Part shown: positions 49,925 to 57,330 of the stretch, one piece after another
Layout of the letters: every line of letters starts with the position of its first letter
Position numbering within the stretch: the stretch's first letter is position 1
Source: Gemmatimonadales bacterium
GTDB taxonomy: Bacteria > Gemmatimonadota > Gemmatimonadetes > Gemmatimonadales > GWC2-71-9
Assembly: GCA_046160105.1 (NCBI GenBank)
Contig: JBJXGT010000009.1
Location: forward strand, 27,350-91,349
Length of the DNA: 64,000 bases
Reading direction: 5' to 3'
Program-made: the position numbers and the translations under genes
The notes under the pieces: model-generated
The model's database searches: none
Seen by the model: only the letters and a program-made list of their open reading frames with translations
Told to the model about the DNA's origin: nothing

Positions 49925-50539
49925 CTGGCGGCTCCGTCGGTGGGGATCGTACGCAGCAGCGACTGCATTCGTTCGATCTCGGTGCTCTGATCGGCGACCA
50001 CATCGGAGCCGAAGCGGAACACCACTTCGTCTTGACCGGCCCCATCCGTCGCGAACAGCTCGTTCGCCATGGTGAGGGCTCCTTCGTGGTGGCGGATCAT
50101 GTAGGTCAGGAAGAGCCGGTCGAAGGCCCAGCCGCGAGCCTGGTCGAGGCGGGCCAACTCCTCATCGGTCAGCATGCCGGGCATCAGCATCGCATGCTCG
50201 GTGCCGTTCATGACCATTCGGTGGTGGGTGGCATCGGCCGCCGGCACGGGCAGCCCGCGATCGGCGAGCCAGGTCTGCATCAGCGCGATTTCGTCGCGCT
50301 GCGCCACGATGATTCGCTCGGCCAGAATCCGGATGTCGGATCGGGCGCCGTGAGACGCCGCCCACCCGGCGATCTTCACCGCCTGGGCATGGTGAGGAAT
50401 CATCCCGGCCATGAAACGGGCGTCCGCTGGCGAGACCTGGCGCAGGGCCCGCGGAGTCGGGCCGGTCGCGGCCGTCGATCGCGATGCCCCCGCGCACCCG
50501 ATGAGCGGGGACATCGCGAGCACGGCGGCCGCGCCGACG
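49921..50539 (-). CDS. DUF305-family protein (lipoprotein)
   Basis: Two M-x-x-HH-x-x-A motifs (MIPHHAQAV, MIRHHEGAL). GTG 50539 gives VPLRVGAAAVLAMSPLIGC (lipobox). GTG 50580 is an alternative. The rest of the track ORF up to 50859 overlaps the upstream gene's 3' end and looks non-coding. Confidence 0.75.
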
Positions 50540-50586
50540 CGGAGAGGCACTGAGCAATCTCGAACCCAGACCAATAACACGGGAGC

Positions 50587-50592
50587 ATTATA
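50587..50592 (-). promoter_or_regulatory. Perfect TATAAT -10-like hexamer upstream of the DUF305 gene
   Basis: Minus strand reads ...GCGCCGTATAATGCTCCCGTGTTATTG.... TATAAT ends 6 nt before GTG 50580 and 47 nt before GTG 50539. No convincing -35. Confidence 0.25.
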
Positions 50593-50617
50593 CGGCGCCG
50601 ACGCCAGCGGGGAAAGT

Positions 50618-50638
50618 CGCCGGACTCGAGTCCCGGCG
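50618..50638 (-). terminator. Hairpin downstream of lipoprotein paralog A (terminator candidate)
   Basis: Minus strand CGCCGGGAC-TCGA-GTCCGGCG (8 bp with one bulge, tetraloop) followed by ACTTTCCCC. Only a weak U-tract. Confidence 0.3.
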
Positions 50639-50690
50639 GACGAGGGCCTCCCGGGGCAGCGGAGCGCGTTGCCCGAGAGGCCGAGGTGAA

Positions 50691-53600
50691 TCAGTTCGTC
50701 ACTTGAATCGCCAGACCCCGTTTGAATGACGTGGAGGTCGGATAGGTCGGGGTGTAGATCACCGAGTGGTAGCAGGTATTGGTGGTCTTGAAGGTGGCGC
50801 TCGTGTACCACGCCTGCGGTTTCCGGTTGCTGGGCGCTGTGATCGTCAACTGGAACCACAGGACGGCGCTCCCCTGGCTCTCCGCCTGGGTAGCCGGATC
50901 GGAAAGGGTGATGGTGATCGGAGCCGCGTTGCCGTTGTTGCCGGGGAGCTGCACCACTCCGGCGCCCGAGCCGATCTTGTTGGCCGCGAGGCCGTAGCTG
51001 CCCTTGAAGACCTCGAGCGTCGCGGGGTAGCTCGATAGGGCGCTCGACTGGCCGTTCACCGACAGGTAGAGGGTGACCGCCCGAACGGTCCCGGTCGGCG
51101 TCTTGATGCTGAAGGGGGCCACGTCGGTCTTGGTCTTCGCCGTCACAGCCGCGCAGGCAAACACTGCCTGACCGATCCCCGTCAAAGCCGAGAACTGGGC
51201 GTCGAGGTACCCCGGCAGAGTCGGGGTGACTCCCGGGGCGAACAAGCCCGCGGTCGCCACGTTGAGGCCGTCGCCGAGCATCCAGGCTGCGACTTGGGCC
51301 AGACCGTTCGCTCCGGTTGGCGACCCGGTGGCTCCCACCGTCAGCGAACCACCGTTACCCGTCGCGGCATTCCAGTACACCGGCTGATTCGGGACCGGGT
51401 TGCTCCAGGCGTCGGTGACCAGCACTTGCGGTGACGGCGCGACGGCGACATTGCGTGGCAACTCCGCCGGGTAGCTGAAGGTGGGAGAGATGATCCCGTT
51501 GAGGTAGGTCTGAATTCTGGTGGCCGCCCCCGCCCCGATGGTGATTGGCGTGGATTGGGGCGACACGAAGCTCCCTGAGGTGAACCGGAGGGTCCGGTCG
51601 CCGACGCCACCGTCAATGCGCAGATCCGTGTAGGCGGCCACGCCACCGACCGCGGCGACGACGGTCGTGCCGCCGAGGGTTCCCGCGCCGGCGGCGATTG
51701 CCGCGGTCACATTCGCCGACGAAGCGACCAGATTGCCGAAACGATCCTGGATCGCCACGATCGGCTGGGTTGGGAACGCGATACCCGCCTGGGCGGTGCT
51801 GGACGGTTCCGTCGTGATGGCGATCTGGGCGGCCGGACCGGCGCCTACCGAGATCGGGCCACTGACCGCCGCGGTCAGGGCACCCGATCCGAACCGGATC
51901 GTCCGATTTCCGACCAGTCCGTCGATCCGCAGGTCGGTGAAGGTCGCGACCCCGGCAACCGCGGCGACCGAGGTGGTACCGGCGAGGGTTGGGGCACCGC
52001 TGGCCACCGAGGCGTCCACCGTCAGGCCGGTGTCGACCTGGTTGCCGTACTGATCCGTGATTGACAGCGCCGGCTGGTTGGTCCAGACCACGCCCGCCTG
52101 GGCCGAGCTCGACGGCGAACTGACGACGACGAGTGCGGAGGGTGGCCCGGCCGCGAGCTGGATCGTCACCGCCACCGGCGTCGCCGCGCCGCCGAAGGAG
52201 AAGGTCACGGTCTGCGGTGTTCCCGCCACGGGCCCGCCGATCGCCAAGTCGGTGAACTGGGCGATGCCGTTGGGATCGGTGGTTACCGGCCCGGTGAAAC
52301 TGGCCGTGCCTCCGCCTGAGGTCACCGTCGCGGTAACGTCGGTTCCGCTGGCCGTCACCGGGTTGCCGAAGGTGTCTTGAAGCTGGAACGCGGGTTGGGT
52401 GGTGAGGGGCACCCCCGCCTGCGCCGACGACGACGGGGCTGTCACGATGCTGAGCGCGGTGGGTTGTCCGGCGTCCGCTTTGATCAGCCAGTTGAGCGAT
52501 GTCCCGGTGGTGGTTCCGTCCACCGCCGTGATCGACACCAAGCCGCTATTCGGGAACTGGAGCGAGGTCGGATCGAAGGTGGCCTCGAGGTTCGCGAAAC
52601 CGGCGACGGTTCCGAACGACAAACAGGGCAAGGTCGCGATCCCGTTGACATCGGTTTGGACCTGAACCGTGTCCTGAATCGTGACCACGCCGCCGATCAC
52701 CCGGCAGACTTTGGCGTTGGCGTCCGGGTCGAACGTCGTGGCCGGATCGGCGCGGAAGGTGACGGTCACCCCGGCGATCAGGTTGGAGCCGTCCGGGTCG
52801 CCGCCGGGCGTCGCCACCGTTGCGAACGGCAGGCCGGTCGTCGTGCTGGTGCCGACCGGACCCTGATAGAAGAGCGGCGGGAACGGCGGGTTCGCGGCGG
52901 GTCCCGAGCTGGGGGCGCCCGCGGGCGGCGTGAACTTCCGAGTGCTACCACCGACCCCTCCGACGGCATTCAGACTCGGGTCGACCAAGCCGAACGGACT
53001 GAACTTGCGGGTCAGGCCACCGACCCCGCCGAGGAACATCATCGGCGCCGCCTGCAGGGGCTGCGGGGTGAGCACCGTGGTCATCTGCGCCATCAAGCGA
53101 CCGAGCCAGCCACTCCGATTCTGGCTCGTCGGCAGCGGGCTGGAGCAGGTGGACTGCAGCAGGCTCGGCACCGGGGTGGGTGTCAGCAGCTCGAACCCGA
53201 CCGTCGGGTCCTGGTGTCCGACCAGGAGCGTCGCGGGGGCTTGGGGCGGCGCGCAGATCACGACCACCGCATCCGCGGCGAGCACCGTGTTCGGATAGAG
53301 CGTGATCGCGACGTACCCCGGATAGGTGTCGAGGTTGGTGACGAGTGGCGCCGGGCCGGTCGCGATATCGGTCACCGACACCAAGGTGCCCACCGGAACG
53401 CTATTGGGCGGGAACTGGACCCCGACGACGGCGGGGATCTCGAAGGCCTTGGTCGGATCGCCCGGATTGAGGTCGAAGACCTGGCCGCTGATCCCGACGT
53501 AGCAGAAGAGGTCGGTCCGGAGCTCGTCGAGCTCGGCCTGGCTCGCGGCCTGTTGCTCGGGAGTAAGCTGGCCGAACTTCGCTTCGATCAAACGGACCAA

Positions 53601-53903
53601 ATCGCGGGTCCCGATCCGGGCCTCGTCGATCTCACCCGAGCCGACCTGACCCTCGATCGTCTCGAACCGGGCCAGGGCGGTGTTCACATCCGACCAGCCC
53701 GCCTCGCGGTACAGCACTCTCAGCTGGTCTCTGATCTCGTCCGACGTTACGGGAGAGCAGAGCGGGTTGGGTACCGCCGGCGGGCCGAGTCGTGGCCCGG
53801 CTGGAGGAATCGAGGTCGTCGTGTCTTCGCCGCCCTTGTCGACGGCGCAGGCGCTCGAAAAGAGAAGCAGGACCGCGGTGAGACGCCTGAGCGTTCTGGG
53901 CAT
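50691..53903 (-). CDS. Large cell-surface lipoprotein, paralog A (1070 aa): conserved N-domain, GGVGG linker, Ig-like (Big_1/invasin-type) repeats, C-terminal beta-rich domain
   Basis: Lipobox LLLFSSAC. Collinear with paralog B over its full length, including all Cys positions. Repeats have the form ...AGP..L.(V/I)...PSS.AQAG......QP...(I/L).D..GN.V.......V.A........L.G......(A/T).G.A.FTDL.I.G.... Confidence 0.85.
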   Translation of the reverse strand: MPRTLRRLTAVLLLFSSACAVDKGGEDTTTSIPPAGPRLGPPAVPNPLCSPVTSDEIRDQLRVLYREAGWSDVNTALARFETIEGQVGSGEIDEARIGTRDLVRLIEAKFGQLTPEQQAASQAELDELRTDLFCYVGISGQVFDLNPGDPTKAFEIPAVVGVQFPPNSVPVGTLVSVTDIATGPAPLVTNLDTYPGYVAITLYPNTVLAADAVVVICAPPQAPATLLVGHQDPTVGFELLTPTPVPSLLQSTCSSPLPTSQNRSGWLGRLMAQMTTVLTPQPLQAAPMMFLGGVGGLTRKFSPFGLVDPSLNAVGGVGGSTRKFTPPAGAPSSGPAANPPFPPLFYQGPVGTSTTTGLPFATVATPGGDPDGSNLIAGVTVTFRADPATTFDPDANAKVCRVIGGVVTIQDTVQVQTDVNGIATLPCLSFGTVAGFANLEATFDPTSLQFPNSGLVSITAVDGTTTGTSLNWLIKADAGQPTALSIVTAPSSSAQAGVPLTTQPAFQLQDTFGNPVTASGTDVTATVTSGGGTASFTGPVTTDPNGIAQFTDLAIGGPVAGTPQTVTFSFGGAATPVAVTIQLAAGPPSALVVVSSPSSSAQAGVVWTNQPALSITDQYGNQVDTGLTVDASVASGAPTLAGTTSVAAVAGVATFTDLRIDGLVGNRTIRFGSGALTAAVSGPISVGAGPAAQIAITTEPSSTAQAGIAFPTQPIVAIQDRFGNLVASSANVTAAIAAGAGTLGGTTVVAAVGGVAAYTDLRIDGGVGDRTLRFTSGSFVSPQSTPITIGAGAATRIQTYLNGIISPTFSYPAELPRNVAVAPSPQVLVTDAWSNPVPNQPVYWNAATGNGGSLTVGATGSPTGANGLAQVAAWMLGDGLNVATAGLFAPGVTPTLPGYLDAQFSALTGIGQAVFACAAVTAKTKTDVAPFSIKTPTGTVRAVTLYLSVNGQSSALSSYPATLEVFKGSYGLAANKIGSGAGVVQLPGNNGNAAPITITLSDPATQAESQGSAVLWFQLTITAPSNRKPQAWYTSATFKTTNTCYHSVIYTPTYPTSTSFKRGLAIQVTN
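51234..52475 (-). repeat. Four tandem ~100-aa Ig-like coding repeats in paralog A (a fifth, more divergent copy lies upstream)
   Basis: Repeat starts at aa 477 (DAGQPTALSIV), 584 (AAGPPSALVVV), 688 (GAGPAAQIAIT) and 791 (GAGAATRIQTY) in my residue count. Confidence 0.75.
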
Positions 53904-53944
53904 GGAGAGCCTCGGTGAAGCGAGTCGGACTATTTGGTGTTGTT

Positions 53945-53977
53945 CCCCCGAGGCGGCTGGGTGCGCCGTCTCGGGGG
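53945..53977 (-). other. Stem-loop in the 86-nt spacer between the two paralogs
   Basis: Minus strand CCCCCGAG-(17 nt)-CTCGGGGG, 8 perfect bp. No U-tract follows. The next gene's RBS (CCGAGG) lies 35 nt downstream. Confidence 0.3.
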
Positions 53978-53989
53978 ATTCTACGGACT

Positions 53990-56900
53990 TCAGTTGGTCG
54001 CGCGGATCGACAGGCCTCGCTTGAACGTCGTGCTCGACGGGTAGCTGGGCGTGTACACCAACGAACCGTAACAGGTTTCGTTAGTCTTGAAGTTGGCGTT
54101 CAGGTACCACACCTGTGGTTTCCGGTTGCTTGGCGCCGTCACCGTCAGCTTGAACCAGAGAACCGAACTACCCTTGCTCTCCGGTTGGGTCGCCGGATCG
54201 GACAGAACGAAGGTGATCGGAAGGGCCTTCCCGTTGTCGCCAGGAAGCTGGACCGTGCCGCTCCCCGAGCCGATCTTGTTGGCGGCCGAACCGTAGGTCG
54301 TCTTGAACACCTCGATGGTCGCCGGGTAGTTCGACAAGGCGCTCGACTGACCGGTCACCGACATATAGAGCGTCACCGTCCGAATGCTGGCGTTGGGCGT
54401 CTTGATGCTCATCGGGGCCACGTCGGTCTTGTTCGTCGCCGTCCCCACGGCGCACGCGAACACCGACTGTCCGGTCGGGGTCGACGCCGTGAAGGCGGCA
54501 TCGAGGTAGTTGGGCAGGGTCGGGGTCACGCCGGGAGCGAACAAGCTGGCGGAGGCCTGATTGAGGCCTTCGCCGATCGTCCACGAGGTGACTTGGGCGA
54601 CTCCGTTTGCGGCCGTCGGGGTCCCGGTGCTGCCGACGGTAAGGATCCCGCCGTTGCTGGTGGTCGCGTTCCAATAGATGGTCTGATTCCCGACCGGATT
54701 ATTCCAGGCGTCGGTCACCAAGACCTGCGGCGAGGGCGCGACGTTCGCGTAGGCGGTGAGAGCGGTCCCGTAGTCGTAGCTCTGCGCGGCGGTGCCGTTG
54801 AGATAGGTCATGATGCTGGTAGCGGCACCGGCCGAGATCGACACGGTGGTGGAGGCCGGCGACGTCAGCGCGCCGGACCCGAACTGCAACGTCCGATCAC
54901 CGGTTGCGCCGGCGATCCGGAGATCGGTGAACGAGGCCACGCCGCCGCTGGCGGCCACGGTCATGGTGCCGGCCAGGCTTCCGGCACCGCTGGCCAGGCT
55001 CGCGGTCACGTTGGCGGCGCTGTTGACGAGGTTCCCGAACTGGTCGCGAATACTGACGACCGGCTGGGTTCCAAAAGCGACGCCCGCCGCCGCCGAGGTC
55101 GACGGTTGGGTGGTGATCGCGAGCTGGGCCGCGGGACCCGCCCCGATCGTCACGGTGGTACTGGTGGTCCCAGCGAGACCACCGCTTCCAAATCCGATCG
55201 TCCGGTCGCCAGTCGTTCCGTCGATTCGCAGATCGGTGAACGTGGCCACGCCGGCGACCGCCGCCACCGAGGTCGTGCCGGCCAACGCCGGGCCGCCACT
55301 GGCGAGCGATGCGACGACCGTGAGACCGGTGTCGACTTGATTGCCATACTGGTCGGTAATGGAGACCGTCGGCTGGGTCGCGAAAGCCATGCCCGCCTGC
55401 TCCGGCGTGGACGGCTGGGTGACCATCACCAGCTTGGCCGCGGGCCCCGGGGTGAGTTGAATGGTGATCGACGCCCCGCTGGTCGCGCCGCCAAAGCTGA
55501 AGGTCAAGGTCTGGGGCGTGCCAGCCACCGACCCGCCGATGGCGAGATCGGTGAAGGTGGCGAGCCCGTTGACGTCGGTGGTCACCGGCGCGGTATAGGT
55601 AGCGGTTCCGCCGCCCGCGGTCACGGTGGCGGTCAACTCGGTTCCACTGGTCGGCGCGGCGTTGCCGAACGCGTCCTGGAGTTGCACGGCCGGTTGCTGG
55701 GCGAACGGGACGCCGGCCTGGGCGGAGCTCGACGGCGCCGTCACCAGACCGAGCTGGGTCGGTTGCCCCGCGTTCGACTTGACCAGCCAGTTGAGGGTCG
55801 AACCGGTGCTTGCGCCATCGACCGCTGTGATGGTGACCAGGTTGCTGTTCGGGAACGAGAGGCTGGTCGGGTCGAACGACGCCTCGAGGTTCGCGAAGCC
55901 ACTGCTATTGCCAAAGGAGAGACAGGGGAGGGTCGCCACGCCATTCGCGTCGGTCTGCACCTGCACGGTGTCCTGGATCGTGACGACTCCCCCGATCACT
56001 CGGCACACCTTGGCTTGGGAGTCCGGATCGAAGGTGGTGGCCGCCGAGGTGCTGAAGGTCACCGTGACGCCCGGGAACAGGTTCGACCCGTCGGCGTCGC
56101 CACCGGGCGTCGCCACGGTCGCGAACGGAAGTCCGGTCGTCGCGCTGGTACCAACCGGGCCCTGGACGTAACTGGACGGAAGCTGAGGATTGAGACTCGG
56201 CCCTGCGGCCGGTGCGAACTTGCTGGTCGCGCCGCCGACGCCGCCGACGGCGGTCAGGGTCGGGCTGACCAGACCGAACGGGCTGAACTTCCGGGTCAGG
56301 CCCCCGACCCCACCGAGGAACATCATTGGCGCCGCCTGGAGCGGCGTCGGCGTCAGCGCTCTCGCCATTTGGGCCATGACGCGGTCGAGCCAGCCATCCG
56401 GGCCCGCCTTCATGGACGACGAACCGGGGCAGGTCGACTGCAGCAGGCTCGGGACCGCCGTCGGGACCAAGAGTTCGAAACCGGTGGTCGGATCCTGGTG
56501 CCCGATGATCACCGACGCGGGCGCCGGCGGATTCGAGCAGATTACGACGACGGCGTCTTGGGCCAGGACCGTATTGGGATACAGCGAGATCGAGATGTAC
56601 CCCGGATAAGTATCGAGATTGGTGATCAGGGGGGACGGACCGGTGGAGATGTCGGTCAACGTCACCAGGGTTCCGGTCGGAACGATGTTGGCGGGAAACT
56701 GGACCCCGCCGAGGCCGGGAAGATCGAAGGCCTTGGGCGGGTCGCCCGGGTTGAGGTCGAAGACCTGGCCGCTGAGGCCGACGTAGCAGAAAAGATCCGT
56801 CACCAGGCTATCGAGATCGGCCTGGGCCGCCGCCTGCTGCGTCGGAGTCAGGTTGCCGAACTTGTTCTGGATGAACCGGACCAGATCGCGGGTCTTGATC

Positions 56901-57190
56901 CGGGCCCCATCGATGTCGCCTGCGGTGAGCTGATTCTGAATCGCCCCGAATTTCCCCAGCGTCGAGTTCGCGTCCGGCCAGGCGTTTTTCACGAAGAGCG
57001 CGTTGAGGGCCGCTTCGATCTCGTCCGAGGTGACCGGGGCGCAGTACGGATTCGGAACGGCAGCGGGCCCGAGCTGTGGGCCTCCGGGTCCGCCCGGTGC
57101 GGTCGCCGTATCCTCACTCTTGTTGTCCACGGCGCAGCCGGCCGCGAGAAGGAGAAACGCCGCGGTGAGTCGACGAGCAGTTCGGCACAT
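53990..57190 (-). CDS. Large cell-surface lipoprotein, paralog B (1066 aa), same architecture as paralog A
   Basis: Start at ATG 57190 (MCRTARRLTAAFLLLAAGC, lipobox) preceded by CCGAGG. This is the same RBS-to-ATG arrangement as paralog A. The upstream 37 codons of the track ORF look non-coding. Confidence 0.85.
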   Translation of the reverse strand: MCRTARRLTAAFLLLAAGCAVDNKSEDTATAPGGPGGPQLGPAAVPNPYCAPVTSDEIEAALNALFVKNAWPDANSTLGKFGAIQNQLTAGDIDGARIKTRDLVRFIQNKFGNLTPTQQAAAQADLDSLVTDLFCYVGLSGQVFDLNPGDPPKAFDLPGLGGVQFPANIVPTGTLVTLTDISTGPSPLITNLDTYPGYISISLYPNTVLAQDAVVVICSNPPAPASVIIGHQDPTTGFELLVPTAVPSLLQSTCPGSSSMKAGPDGWLDRVMAQMARALTPTPLQAAPMMFLGGVGGLTRKFSPFGLVSPTLTAVGGVGGATSKFAPAAGPSLNPQLPSSYVQGPVGTSATTGLPFATVATPGGDADGSNLFPGVTVTFSTSAATTFDPDSQAKVCRVIGGVVTIQDTVQVQTDANGVATLPCLSFGNSSGFANLEASFDPTSLSFPNSNLVTITAVDGASTGSTLNWLVKSNAGQPTQLGLVTAPSSSAQAGVPFAQQPAVQLQDAFGNAAPTSGTELTATVTAGGGTATYTAPVTTDVNGLATFTDLAIGGSVAGTPQTLTFSFGGATSGASITIQLTPGPAAKLVMVTQPSTPEQAGMAFATQPTVSITDQYGNQVDTGLTVVASLASGGPALAGTTSVAAVAGVATFTDLRIDGTTGDRTIGFGSGGLAGTTSTTVTIGAGPAAQLAITTQPSTSAAAGVAFGTQPVVSIRDQFGNLVNSAANVTASLASGAGSLAGTMTVAASGGVASFTDLRIAGATGDRTLQFGSGALTSPASTTVSISAGAATSIMTYLNGTAAQSYDYGTALTAYANVAPSPQVLVTDAWNNPVGNQTIYWNATTSNGGILTVGSTGTPTAANGVAQVTSWTIGEGLNQASASLFAPGVTPTLPNYLDAAFTASTPTGQSVFACAVGTATNKTDVAPMSIKTPNASIRTVTLYMSVTGQSSALSNYPATIEVFKTTYGSAANKIGSGSGTVQLPGDNGKALPITFVLSDPATQPESKGSSVLWFKLTVTAPSNRKPQVWYLNANFKTNETCYGSLVYTPSYPSSTTFKRGLSIRATN
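54533..55774 (-). repeat. Four tandem ~100-aa Ig-like coding repeats in paralog B
   Basis: Repeat starts at NAGQPTQLGLV, TPGPAAKLVMV, GAGPAAQLAIT and SAGAATSIMTY. Collinear with the paralog A repeats. Confidence 0.75.
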
Positions 57191-57330
57191 GTGGGACCTC
57201 GGAAGTGCGGGGCGACCAGGGCCGTTTGGTCGTGCCAGAAGGTAGCCTAACGTCAGATTTTTCGACAGATAGGGACTGGATTCAACGGTTTTGTGTTGCA
57301 CCTACGCAACAACTAGCCCTGGTAGCGGGA

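Noticed and set aside
50540-50859. Upstream part of the DUF305 ORF overlapping the 3' end of lipoprotein paralog A
   Set aside because: Sequence (MVPVDDHSAQQPETAGVVHERH...) has no signal and overlaps a supported gene and a hairpin. A lipoprotein signal starts at GTG 50539.
51234-52475. Roughly 300-nt periodicity that could suggest a repeat array
   Set aside because: The repeats are diverged, in-frame Ig-like protein domains. There are no short identical direct repeats with unique spacers, so it is not a CRISPR or satellite.
53915-57250. 1111-aa stop-free + strand ORF spanning all of lipoprotein paralog B (and 52377..53918 opposite paralog A)
   Set aside because: Arg/Gly/Asp/Pro-rich, with no hydrophobic core or motif. 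The sense frame is Ala/Gly/Thr/Val-rich (GCN/GGN/ACN/GTN codons), which cannot produce antisense stops. The minus-strand frame has a lipobox, conserved Cys positions and paralog conservation.
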